A stretch of 61,496 nt of DNA, counting the filler. It is 5 parts of 5 records of this genome, joined end to end, with 100 filler letters (N's around TTAATTAATTAA, not from the genome) between each part and the next. Parts side by side here need not be neighbours in the genome. Positions count along the whole stretch, not along the records: positions 31,749 to 46,389 come from DRR378314_313; positions 46,490 to 55,670 come from DRR378314_326; 3 more parts are not named here. One strand, given 5' to 3'. Of the stretch, positions 34,751 to 46,583 are shown in pieces. The notes beneath the pieces were generated by a model. It was not told the DNA's origin and searched no databases. It saw nothing but the letters and a program-made list of their open reading frames with translations. The position numbers and the translations under genes were made by a program. Positions within the stretch are counted from its first letter, which is position 1, and the number at the start of each line of letters is the position of its first letter.

Positions 34751-37570
34751 ATGGCTCCACCTGCAGCCGCGCGCAGTTTGCTACGCCTTGCGCGCTACAC
34801 ACGAGGCTTCAGCCCGTGTACAGTGCGCGCCTGCGGCTCTGCAGCTTCTTCGTCGGCACCGCTGCGTGTCTGTGTTGTCGGCTCTGGTCCGGCAGGTACG
34901 TACGGCAAAGCTAGCCATGCTGCCATGGATGCCACTCGACAACGCGCGCTTGCCAATCTTTTTGGTGCTTTTGGTCGGCCTTCGGCGCTGTGCCGCGGGA
35001 GCAACAACTGAGCGAAACGCGTTCGCTGCTACCCGGTGTGTTTGCGCAGGTTGCTATGCTGCAGCCTCCCTTGCGCGTCTGGTTCCGACCGCGACGATCG
35101 ACGTGATTGAGGCGCTACCAGTGCCATATGGCCTTGTACGAGCAGGCGTGGCCCCTGATCACCCAGAGGTGAAGGTTGTACAGCACCAGGTACGAAGTGC
35201 ACGGCTGTCACGCGAAGGCCTGCTGCCGCTGCTGCGCTGCCGTTGCGAGGACGTGGGTTCGCTCAGGGAACTGCACTGTCTCGCATATGTCCCTGACGCT
35301 GCTCGCTGACATGGATATACATTGTTAATTGCTGGCTCCAGTTCGATGAACTCTTTCACGGAGAAAGGCCGTCGGCGCATTTCTTTGGGAACGTGTCCCT
35401 GGGGCGTGACGTTTCGCTCGCGGAACTGCGTGAAATGTACTGCGCAGGTACGAGGAAGGCACACGCGTGTACCGCAACACCAACGATGTGCACGCGCACC
35501 GCCCGCGAGCTCATAAGGCCGCACCTTTCCTGAGTGCATAATCCTTTATTTTATCCCGCTGATTTTTTGCAGTCATTCTGGCGTACGGAGCTGCTGCCGA
35601 CAGGCGCCTCGGTATCCCTGGCGAAGACGCGGCTGGCGTAGCGAGCGCGCGCGAGTTTGTGAATTGGTACAACGGGTACGTTTCGCTCGCGAGCATTGCC
35701 CTGCCTCCCGGTATGGCAGAGCGAATGAAGAGCGCTTCTTGATTCGATTTCAAATGATTTTTCCCGCTTGATATGTTTCCTGTGATGTGAGTGTATGCGC
35801 AAGCCACTCCCGTCTGCTCGTCGCAGGGTCAACGTGATCCTGTAGTGGCCTCGAACTCGCTGCTAATCCGCTATTTCTCGCAATGAATTCCTATTCGCAG
35901 TCACCCTGAGGCGCAGTTTGGCCGCTTCGAAAAGGTGCTACAATCAACAGACACTGCAGTGATTGTGGGACAGGGAAACGTTGCTGTGGACTGCGCGCGT
36001 ATGCTTCTGCGCGATGTGGACGAGCTGCGCAAGACTGACATGCCGGAACATGCGGTACGCGATCGGGACCAGTTACTTGTGAAAGCTGCTTAAACAAACG
36101 TAGAGATTTGCTGAGTGTGCGCAGTCGCCAGTAGAGCGCGTGGATACGTTCATCATATCATTGCTAAAGACAAGCTGTTGCTGCCTTTTTTTTTTCTTGA
36201 CGCAAGTCCTTTCGGTTGCCTAGTGAACGAAATAGCAACCTCGGCGAAGGCATTGCAATGTGTACAGCGGCAGCCAGCCCGTTATGCATATCTTGATCAC
36301 GTACCGAACGCCATGTGGCCCCGTACCGTTGCCCTTGCGGAATACCATCTTGTGCGCTACAGATCGATGCGCTCGCACAGAGTCGTGTGACGCGAGTAGT
36401 CTTAGTGGGAAGGCGCGGCCCGTTGCAGCTAGCTGCCACGAACAAGGAACTCCGGGAGCTGTCAACGCTGACTGGCGCCGACCTCTTGCTCCCCAGGGAG
36501 CACGTGGAGGTGCGTTCAAACCCGACCAGAAGTAGACTGCGTTTGCTCCCGCACCAGCGGTATCACTTCTCTGTTGCAAATTTCATCCTTTTATGCAAAT
36601 AGTGTCGCCCGTTTCCTAAATATAGGCGTTTTTTGCACGTGGACGAACCAACGACTGCGCGCTGCAGATGCTATCACTCGCGCAGACAACCGAGGCGGTC
36701 ACTGATCGCGCTCGGAAGCGGCTCCTGCAGCTGCTGCGCCGGATTGGCAAGGCTGAACATACTGCGAGCCGGCGAGCACTGTTTGCGTTTCAACTGTCGC
36801 CAACGCACATCGATGTGTCGGAATCGGGGTCGGCACAGCGCATACACATGCAGCCGTTGGCGCTCTCGTCGTATACGGACCCGAGTGCGCGTGCGGAGGC
36901 GGAGCGTGCGCAGGAACTCGAGCGCGCACTTGGGCCTCCCCAGACATTTGGAGATGGAACCATGTTTCCCAATACCAATTTTTCCATCGACACAGGACTC
37001 ATCTTGACATCGATCGGGTACCGGAGCTTACCAGCGGAAGGCGCGCCGTTTGACGAGCACCGCGGTCGCGTGCGGGAGAAGGAAGGGCGCGTGGTAGATG
37101 GTGAGTCTTGGCACCCGGTGCCACCACGCTATCGTTGAAGTATGATTCCTTGTTCTCGCGCGTCTTGTCATCGCTTAGGAGCACGTATACACGGCTCTCG
37201 TAGGCTATGTAGTGTTTATTCCTTCGCTCACATTATGGCTTGGTGTGTCTGTTGCACAGACGACGGCGCACCCGTGCGCGGACTCTACGCGACAGGATGG
37301 CTGCGCCGAGGGCCGTCCGGTATCATCGGCACGAACAAATGGGACGCTGACGAAACGATCCGCTCGCTAGTCGAAGATATTGGACACCTTCCAATACCCC
37401 ACGAAATCCCGTCACTCGGAAACGTCCTACGGGAAAGGGGCGTTTCCTTCCTCTCGTTTGCTGACTGGAAGCGCCTTGACGATTTCGAGCGCGCGCAAGG
37501 AGCGCAGCTCGGCAAACCGCGCGAAAAGGTCACAAACGTGGCGCAAATGCTTGCCGTTGCCCGCGCATAG
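34751..37570 (+). CDS. FDXR: Mitochondrial NADPH:adrenodoxin (ferredoxin) oxidoreductase (8 exons)
   Basis: Arg/Ala-rich presequence; [77 protein letters not shown]. Confidence 0.93.
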
Positions 37571-37650
37571 CAGATGGCTCCCTCGGGAACGTTGAAAACA
37601 GAATACACGTGTATGGCACAGGGAAGCAATGGTACAGGCCGAAAAATAAT

Positions 37651-40600
37651 CTAGGCCAGGAACTCCGCAATGCGCTCCTTGGCGTGTTTCTTCGTCAGGT
37701 CTTCCCGGCATTCTAACAGCCTGCAAGGGCGATACGTTCCGAAAGCAGTTCGTCGCACGCGAGATTTCCGCGCGATCAGGCCGCGTACAATACCAGTTCT
37801 ACGGCTCTGTCCGCTCTGTCGAGGTGCTCAAATTCTCGTTTCACACCCGTGCGGACGAACTTACGCACGGCATCGCACGATGATCCCTGCCATGCACTTT
37901 CTGCGCGTTCGGCGAACGACACCCTGCCAGCTGTACGTCCGCAAGACGGGCTACGCTACCATGATGTACGATGAAGTATCCCCCACATGACGAGGCATAG
38001 ACGACGCGCGGGTGCAGTTGCGCGCAAGCTAGCGCACACGTCTATTTACGCACCTCTGCAGTGCCGCACTTTCGAGATCGTGCAGCGGGCTCTCCTGGAT
38101 GACCGAGCGCACGTGGTCAAGAGGCACAAGAAACAGGTTCGCTGCACCTCGCAGCAGCTGCGAGATGCACAGAACACGAGCACAGAACACGAGCACGACG
38201 GATCGCGCGATAAGAGAGACGGCCTCGCTCGCTCTAGGTGCTCTCGGCGAAACCAATGTAGAGCCACTCCGATGGCACAGCAGCACTGCGCGGAATGTGC
38301 TGGCGGAGTAGTGGAGGCAGACGTGCCCGCGACCTCGCCTCCCCCGCCCTGCCGCTCCGCGCACAGACCACGCGACCAGCAACGCTCCACAACCGTATCC
38401 ACCACAAGCAGAGCGCGCGCGTACCTCGGTGTAGGGCTCCAGGTCATCGACGCGAAACTCGGACAGGAGCGCTTGGTACTCGGAAACATCCGCGAGGACT
38501 ACAACGGCACCTAGCTGTGATATAGTGCAGCGACGCAGCGCAGCGAGGACAGCGTCGACCAGCCCAGCGCCGAGCGCGAACAGGTAGCCGTCCACGTTGC
38601 GGCCGTCGAGCGCCGAGCGCGCGCGACTGGCCTCGCGGCGCACGAGCGAGCACGCAGAGGAGCAGCCCGGCGTGCACCCGGCACCCGGAGCGGATGGCGC
38701 GTCCTCGCGCGGCCGGTAGTCCGCCCGTCGCTGCTCTGCACGCAGAACCGCCTCCACAAGCGCCAGCGTCGACGTGAGGGCGCGACGGAGGACCGACGAC
38801 ACAGAAGCCTCGAGCGACATTGTCGCGTCGCGCAGAATCTGGCGGCAGCGCACCCCTTCCGCCGCATCCGCACTAGTGCAGGGCAATACGTGCGCAGCAA
38901 ACGCCTCCTCGACAAGCTGCACGACTGCATTCGTATCCCGCGCCGCAGTATACGCCGGCTGAGTGTTGTGCGCGCTCACAGCGCTCGCCACAACAGTGGC
39001 ATTCCGTGCACTCCGCACGTCCGTGGACGGAATGGCCGTAGAGGCAGCGTCTAGCGCGTCGCGCGCAACACCAAGCGCGTACAACGCCAGCAGGCGCGTG
39101 GCAGACTCGGCGAGGCTCGGCAGCACATTCTCGTGCGTGACAGCGAGAACCGCGCGTGCGCGCTCGAGAGCTTCGGCGAGAAGCCCAATCATTTCCATCG
39201 CAGCACCCATATTCACCTCGCCCACGGCCAATTCGTCCACGAACCCGCCCTCGGACTCTGTTCCTGTCGATTCCAGATCGCGCTTGAGTTGGGACATCTC
39301 CGCACTCACGTACTCCTCCTTCCACGTGTGGAAGACGGACTCCACGTGACGCGCTACATCCGCATCATCTCCACAGAGCATAGCAAGACTTCCTTCTTCG
39401 CGCGAAAGGAGCCGGTGCGCCGTTTCGTACGCGCGCCGTAGCGTCGTCAAGAATGTTTGCTCGGAAACGTCGCGCGCGCGACGCAAGATCGTTCCAATGT
39501 ACCCCTGTACCCGCTGCTCAAAGACGCGCTCTGCGATCGCATATAGCCGGAAGCAACCGTGCGACCCAGCAACGGAAGGGTTCCAACCCAACACAGCACA
39601 AACAAAGGTAAAGGTCACATTTGTATATTCATAGAGCATCAGCATCCTACGTGCCCCGCAAGTAAAGATTGCTCACATGCGCGGTGTGCGGCTTCCACTC
39701 TCACACGAGCCAACAAAAAAAAAAACGCTTCGTAGGTAGGCAGACCCGATGCGATATATATCATACAGCAGGTGCTACTCTGCATGCTCAATACGCGGTA
39801 GTGACCGAAGAGCCAAGAAAACAGTGTAAAGCTTACCGATGAGAACGCGGATCACAGGACCTGCAGTCGGGAAAATTCGGCGTATCCGCTCGACCTCGCA
39901 GCCGCAAGTACGAATGACGTCCTCCACCATAGCACCAACGCCGTACACGTTTTCCGGGCCCAAGCCAAGGCGCTCGCTTTCCGTCAGCACCGCCTCGTCT
40001 TGGAACATGGGCAGCGACATGACATACATACGCGCGACATTCGCGTTTCCGTTGAACGCCTCCAAGATCTCCGCAGTCCGGTGCATCGCATCCTCATCTC
40101 CATCTTGCGATGCGGCCTGGAAGCGCTCGACCAAACGCTGCTCAAAGCGCTGCGCGGGGAGAGCACACATAACGAACAACAAAGACAGAAATCGGCACAT
40201 TGACAAACCGCACGTCATGACAAATCTTTCGACCCTTTGGCAAGCGAAACAATTACCGAGGCTTCCGTGACATGCCAAACAACGCAATCAGGTAATCACC
40301 ATTAGGCAATGCACAATGCTGTCCACATCGCGTGTCCCCTAGCTCCGTTTGCCAAAAGGATATACGCGCGGAGGATGAAAATGATGCGAAGCATGCTCAC
40401 CAAAGAAAAAAATCGCAGTCGATCATGCGCTCGTTTCAAAAAACAATACAGAGTCATCGAACAGGAGTGGGCTCCTAAGCAAGAGGGGCCGAAGTGACGT
40501 GTAGAAACTGGTCCTTTGCCGCTCGTTGCCGCAGAACACCACGGCTTGCGGGAGGTTTCGCCTCTGTGGGCAAGCTCCCGCGTGCAGAGAAAGCGACAGC

Positions 40601-42995
40601 TGAGGCTTTGTAGAAGTAGACGCACCTCGCATTCACGGCGAATCTCTTCAACAGCACCTCTATCTTCGCTGCGACTTCCATCGCCGTCGGAGACGTCTGT
40701 GGCCAATGCCTGCAGACGCGTCAGAAGGCGAGCAGCCTCGTCCGCGCGTGCTGGATCGGTGAAAAGCGCCATCTGCTTATCCGTCTCTTCGGTATTGCCG
40801 TGCGTGGCCGCGTCGTCGCCCGAAGCGCCTTGATTGGAGGAGAAGCTCTCGTCCATACCGGCCCGACGGGCAAATGCGCAAAAGTAACGCAATAGCTCCG
40901 CAGCGTCCAGAGCGCGCTGTCGCTGCGCATTCACAGTGTCCAGACGCTCGCCAAGGCGCACTGCCGTGGACCCCACGTGGGAAATGCGCGTCTCAAGATG
41001 CTCAAAGTGCTCAAAAACTGTATCCAAGTACGGCCCTGCACTCCGAGAACGCCGCACGTCAGGAAGAAAACATACGGAGCAACGAATTAAAAATACGCAC
41101 GGACAAAAATGCGCAGTGCGCCGCGCGAACATATTGTGAAATCCCAGGTCTACCGGCTCGAAGTGTTTTGGGACAGTCGGTCACACAGGCGCACAGAGCG
41201 TTCTACGTCTGGCTCTGCGCCTCCTTGCACTCTGTACGCGGGCAACGCACCTACTTGCTCGGTCATGCGCCCATACGCATCTTCGCGCGCCGCACAACCG
41301 TCCGCTAGCTCTTCGAGTTCAGCCGTCAGGCGATCTTCGATTGCGCCCAAGTCTTCCTGAGCGTCTTTGAAACGCTCCAAAAGCTCCGTTGTGTCAATCG
41401 ATGACAAGGCTGCAGGAACTCCACCCGGAGCAGCTGCACGACACGCGAGGACCGCCCCCGCACCAGGGAACAATGCATAAGCTACGCTCCCACACAGACA
41501 CCATGTGCGCAGTGCCAGACGTTCGTGGATGTACATGCAGCTCCGTACAATCGATATGCGCGGGATCTTTTATCGACCATGAAAGATAAAAGACTCTGGT
41601 AGCAACACGCACTGTACGCAGAGGGCAACTGAACGCCTACGACAGGGCAGCGAGCCCCACATGCTCGCGTGCTCGCGCGTCCAATGCCAAAGTAGCGCGG
41701 CGCGAAACGCGAGGTTGCCCGAAAAGAACGGCGCACAATCCATGGAGAGCCCTTTGTCTGGTATCACAATGACGGCAAATGTTGGTATGTTGTCGCAGTA
41801 ATTTCCGAAGACAGGCGTAGAGAGAAAAGTTGAAAGCATTGCAACGATTGTGACCAAAAAAAAAGGAAGAAACGAGTAGCGCGCACAACGCCGTACCGCT
41901 CGTGGCACCTCCGTCGTCTTCCGCACGCAGGCAAGGCGCGGCGAGCTTATCGAGCATCGCCGTGATATTGCAGTCTGCGCCGAAATCGTCATCTGTGAAT
42001 CGATACGCTTTCATACGAACACGTCGAGGCTCCGGCTGGGATGGAGTTTGCTCGCCAGTCTGTCAGCAAAGTCCCGCAAAGGGGGACGTACAATTCGAGC
42101 GAACGAAGTGAGCAAATGCGCAAAACCCGAATCGCGGAGCGCGAAAGAAGCGCAGAAAGGTACACTGCAAAGGAGTGCAGACAATACGTACAGCAGGCGA
42201 GCTCCCGAGAGATAGGCTCGGCGAGATAGAGCTGGTAAAATCTAGTTTGCGAATCGTTGTATCTGGTGCGCCAGAGCTTCCCGCTCTGCGGTGCCACGGC
42301 GTTGCAGACGACGGCGTAGCGCCGACCGAACCGCCGGGAGCCCGCAGTGGCGTGTCGACAGGCTTCACGCCAGCCATCGGATTGTGCACTTGCCCTGCAA
42401 GCACGAGCAGACGAACATGTCCACCGCACGACCAGGAGCGTACCCGTCGCGCCCTTATCAGCTCAAAAATAAAGCCGTGTTGCTTTGTTGGAGCAATCTC
42501 ATACCCACCACGCGGGACTGGGCAGAAATTCACTACAATCTCCGCAGCGCAGCATCACGACAATACCGTGCGCAGCGGCGAGCGAACGGAAGGCTTTCCA
42601 GTGCTCCTGAGTGGCACAAGCGAGACTGCTGCGCGGACGCACCGCCCATCAGTCGACTCGGGTACGGACCCGCGCCACCGCGAGCTCCGATTCCAGCAGC
42701 CGTCGCCAATGCATCTCCGACAAGTCGAGATTCAACAGACTTTTTACGACGGTGGCGAGCACGCGCCGCGCGGAGCGCCTCGGCAGAAAGCTGGAGCGGT
42801 GTGGCGTCCCCGTTTCGCTCGGTCCTGCGAAGAACCACGGCGCACATGCACCACAACAGCGCACAGTTAAAGGCACAGAAGGAGGAAGAAAGCAAACAGC
42901 AGCCACGATACGACAAGGAGCGACACAGATTCCAAAGGACACAATTTGGAGCATGCATGCATAGTCGTCAGCAATCCAGGAGAAACGCACCCCAT
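37651..42995 (-). CDS. SEC10: Exocyst complex component Sec10/EXOC5 (about 10 exons; 5' extension exons tentative)
   Basis: FEHFEHLETRISHVGSTAVRLGERLDTVNAQRQRALDAAELLRYF, ERVFEQRVQ, EQRRADYRP, GAVVVLADVSEY, ANLFLV; last exon LLECRED...EFLA*. In-phase upstream exons at 42192-42394 and 42643-42824, with a candidate ATG at 42995. Confidence 0.85.
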
Positions 42996-43788
42996 TCTTC
43001 TCGTAGGGAGCGGCCAGCGCGGTTCGCAGTGTACGCGAGATCCGGAGCAGCGCGCGATGCACGGGAAACGCCAGACTGCGTCGCGCAGCGACAAGCGCAG
43101 CGCGCGCTAGCACCGCGCGAGAGGTCTGCGGACTGCGTCAGAGAACGGCGGCAAGAAGACGCTAGTGGACCCGCGGCACGCTTCCGCTCCAGCACTACAC
43201 CCACACCTGTGTTGCAACAGCAAACAGTGTTCTATTCCGTGCTTACTCTGCCTGTCGCGCAAACGGCGGAAACCGCCTTTCCACCCGCTGCCGGAGAGGA
43301 TAGCTTGTAGCATTCGGGCAGCAGTGGTTAGAGTGGTGTGCTCGCACTTCGTCGTGCAGAGCGCCGTTTCGCTCGCCAACTCACCACTTGTTACCGCTGC
43401 CGGTCAAGTAGCCGTCCTTCGCACATCACAATGCCACCCGTTACTATTCAGGGTGGGAACTTGGACCGGCGACCTTACCATGCACGAGATAAGAGTCCAG
43501 AGTCGCAGTAAAAGAAGAAGTCTGTGTTCTCCTTGTCGCTCCTGTGCTTGCGGGAACACAGCAAGAAACGTGGCGAGGCACCACAATTTCTTTCGAATAC
43601 GGTAGCAGCCGCATTCGGCCACGATTATCCTCATGCAAATAATCATTCATTTATATCAACCTACAAAAAAGGAAAAGTAAAGCGCTCTCCATGCTGGAAA
43701 CAGCTCCCGCAGGAGGGGCAATCTCGCAGTACGCGTTCGAGGCGCGCCGTAGCGGTGTCTTCCAGTGCAAAGCCGGAGCGACGCCGAG

Positions 43789-44981
43789 CTAGTTGTAATA
43801 CAACTCCAGCCCCATTCCATCATGAATCTCATAGTCTTCCAGCGTAATATCTGCGAGGTGTGTAGCACGTTGAAAGATCAAAAAAAGAGCAGGAGAGAAG
43901 GAGCAGAGAAGCGGTCGAGGATTCCAGCAAGGCCCGAGCTGGTCGGCTTTGACGAAACACAGCGTGAAGCACGGAGCTTCCGCCTAATCTGGCAAGCACA
44001 CGAGAAGCAACGTGACAGCCGAACACGGTCGCTCCGCCACAGCCACATTGCAACGTACAAAGCAGTACGCAAGATTGAGATCCACGCACCCTTTCGTATA
44101 CCAATTCGAATATACAGAACAAAGATACGGGATCATATGCACAAAAGCAATACCAGACGCTTGGGCGAAGATGCACGCGCGGCGTGAAATCGTGCGCCAT
44201 GGCCGCGGCCTCGCGCAAGCAAACTGGTAGCACTGCTGCTTGGACTGCACGGGTAGACGCGACAACCTATGCCAAACGAGGTGCATCGCGTGCTTTCCTC
44301 CGGAAAAAAAAACACAAGCTGCACAATGAAACTACACTGATGATTCCTCATCCTAACACAGTGGAAAAGTAGGTATGAGAAAGTAACTCGACTCAACGAC
44401 AAAAACTTTCTCAGCAAGGCGCGCACGCGACGAAAAAGGATACGGTCTTTGTACACGTTGTACCACTTCTGAATCCGCAGTTTCTCCGGCCGTGTTCCAG
44501 TCTGCGCAGCGACAAGCTTCTTCAGATCGCCAATTGTGTCGTCAGGACTGATAAGCGGATAGCAGGAGCGAAACAGAGGAAAAGGGCGCGCATCAGCTCG
44601 ACGGAGTTCCAGGGAAGACGCCGGTGAACAAAAAAAGGAGGGGAAAAACAACGTGCGCAGGAGGATAGAGGCTCGGGCCGGTACGTCGCTGTAGACCCAA
44701 GCAGCCCGAAGAAGGAAAAAGGCACGGACAAGTACCAAAGCACCATGCAAATATATATTCAGAAACAACACGATATACACGTTTCACGCTAAAATCCTTA
44801 GTCCCTAAAGGGTACCGATTGTGCAGTTGCTGCGAGAGAGCGCGCGGACTCGCGCTTGCAAACCCGGGCGGCAGGAGTGCCTGTGGCGGAACAATGTCGC
44901 GCAGTGAGCGTCAGGTAGCACGTACTTGCACTTCACCCGAATCTTGTGGCCAAGCCGGTCATTCAGAACTACTGTGATCAT
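43789..44981 (-). CDS. UBL5: Ubiquitin-like protein 5 / Hub1 (exons 44926-44981, 44444-44547, 43789-43850; 73 aa)
   Basis: Spliced product [73 protein letters not shown]: canonical length and C-terminal YY. Confidence 0.97.
43851..44443 (-). other. U12-type (minor spliceosome) GT-AG intron, UBL5 intron 2
   Basis: Donor GTATCCTTTT matches RTATCCTTT; boundaries are fixed by the protein (KD-H-IT, phase 1). Branch-like TCTTTCAAC at 43869-43877 ends 18 nt before the 3' end. Confidence 0.8.
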
Positions 44982-45516
44982 GACTTCTACGTGTGCAATG
45001 GTATGCACCACAGAAAGGCAACCTAATCACTGGCGCACGTGCAGAAACACCCCGATCCGCAACGCGGTGTGGGCGCGAGCAAGCGAGGGAGCAAGAACAG
45101 AGCGAACTGGTGCGAAGGATCTCTCTGAAACACACGGTCTGCATAGTAGGGCTTCCTTAGTGTGCGGGGTCTGCTGCGCTCGACTTGCCCGCAGCGACCG
45201 CTCGGCGAGAGCTCGTGCACTGCGCGCAAAACACTCCATTTCCCTCACGATTCTCTGTTTGCAGGTGTGTGACACACTTGAGGAGTCATTGCACAGTCAC
45301 GAATCTACCTCGGGAACAATATCCATGGGACACTCGAGGATGGTCCTGCAGGAATGCCATTGCTACGCGTGTTGCTCGAAATTGAGTACACGGCGCAGCC
45401 CCGCACCTACCCAACTCGCCTGACGGACTCTTGTTCGCTGCCCATTTTCGATCGCCCAAGCCGCGCAATTGATCCTACGACACACGTGCAATGCGGAATA
45501 TTTACGTAGATACACT

Positions 45517-46279
45517 ATGAGTGGCAAGCCTGGCAGCGCTGGATCTCCGATTGCGCTATCACAGCCGACGCAGGACGGCGTTTTCGTGCTCACCATGCAG
45601 AACGGCGAGAACCGCTTTTCTCCGGCAACTGTGTCCGCTTTCCACGACGCTCTGACGACAGTTGAGGCGTATGTTGCAGCGCTCGCAAGTTTGTGACAGA
45701 GACATTTCCGAAACTGTGTGTTCGTTGCCAATTCGTGGCACCGCCTGAGCAGTTGCTTCCCTGCGGTGGTTTCTATTCCCGTTCTGTGCATCCCGCCGAA
45801 CTGGCGCTGGGACTCGCGCGCAGGTACCAAGGACAGAAAGCGCTCGTAATCACGGGCTGCGGAAAATTCTTCAGCAATGGTGAGCCGCAACTATTTGTCC
45901 TTCATCTGCGTGAAGCGTTCTTTGAAAATCATAGGCAGCGCAACTGTTGCAGAGAGGAGAGAAGCCAGAAAATACCAGCCGCGAACCCGCAGTATGCAAC
46001 TGACCTGGGGCGCCACGCCGCAAAGACTGGGCAGAGCGTTCACGCGTGCACTGCGGCAGCGTTGCCCGAAGCGAAGCATTGACCGCGCATCTTCCAGCTG
46101 GACTTCGGGAGGTTCACTCGCGCGTTCCGTTCGATTCCGCTTGCGGCTGCTATGTCACGTTTTGCCAGGCCTCGACCTTCGCCATGTCGCAAAGCTGCGC
46201 TCGGCCGAGCGGATCGCCGAGTATCTGGACCTCGCCCACACGCTCCTTCGCCGCGTCCTGCTCTTCCCCGCGCCCGTCG
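45517..46279 (+). CDS. Enoyl-CoA delta isomerase / crotonase-family protein, 5' part (truncated by contig end)
   Basis: GVFVLTM...ENRFSP...FHDAL|...ALVITGCGKFFSNG|LDL...LLRRVLLFPAPV; in-phase introns. Confidence 0.85.
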
Positions 46280-46362
46280 GTGCGTCGCGCGCGCCGGAGG
46301 CGGAGCTGGCGGTTTGAGTTGTGCGCCCGCTCTCCTCGTCAGTTCCCAGAGAAAGAAATGCC

Positions 46363-46389
46363 CACACACACACACACACACACACACAC
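46363..46389. repeat. (CA)n microsatellite at contig end
   Basis: Directly visible. Confidence 0.95.
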
Positions 46390-46489
46390 NNNNNNNNNNN
46401 NNNNNNNNNNNNNNNNNNNNNNNNNNNNNNNNNTTAATTAATTAANNNNNNNNNNNNNNNNNNNNNNNNNNNNNNNNNNNNNNNNNNNN
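46390..46489. other. Artificial contig linker
   Basis: N44-TTAATTAATTAA-N44. Confidence 0.99.
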
Positions 46490-46583
46490 CTTTCTCTCTA
46501 CAAATCATCATCACAGTGCTACATTATCTCGCGCAGCAGCGTAAAAAGCGCCGCAAGGTGAAGCCAGCGACGACGCCGCATAC

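Noticed and set aside
40354..40363. ATATCCTTTT (AT-AC U12 donor-like) on the minus strand in SEC10
   Set aside because: It lies mid-intron; the flanking exons already join in phase (ECE|RFEQ) through GTGCGT...CAG.
42291..43310. 339-aa plus-strand ORF
   Set aside because: Low-complexity and antisense to the in-phase SEC10 5' exons; no domain signal.
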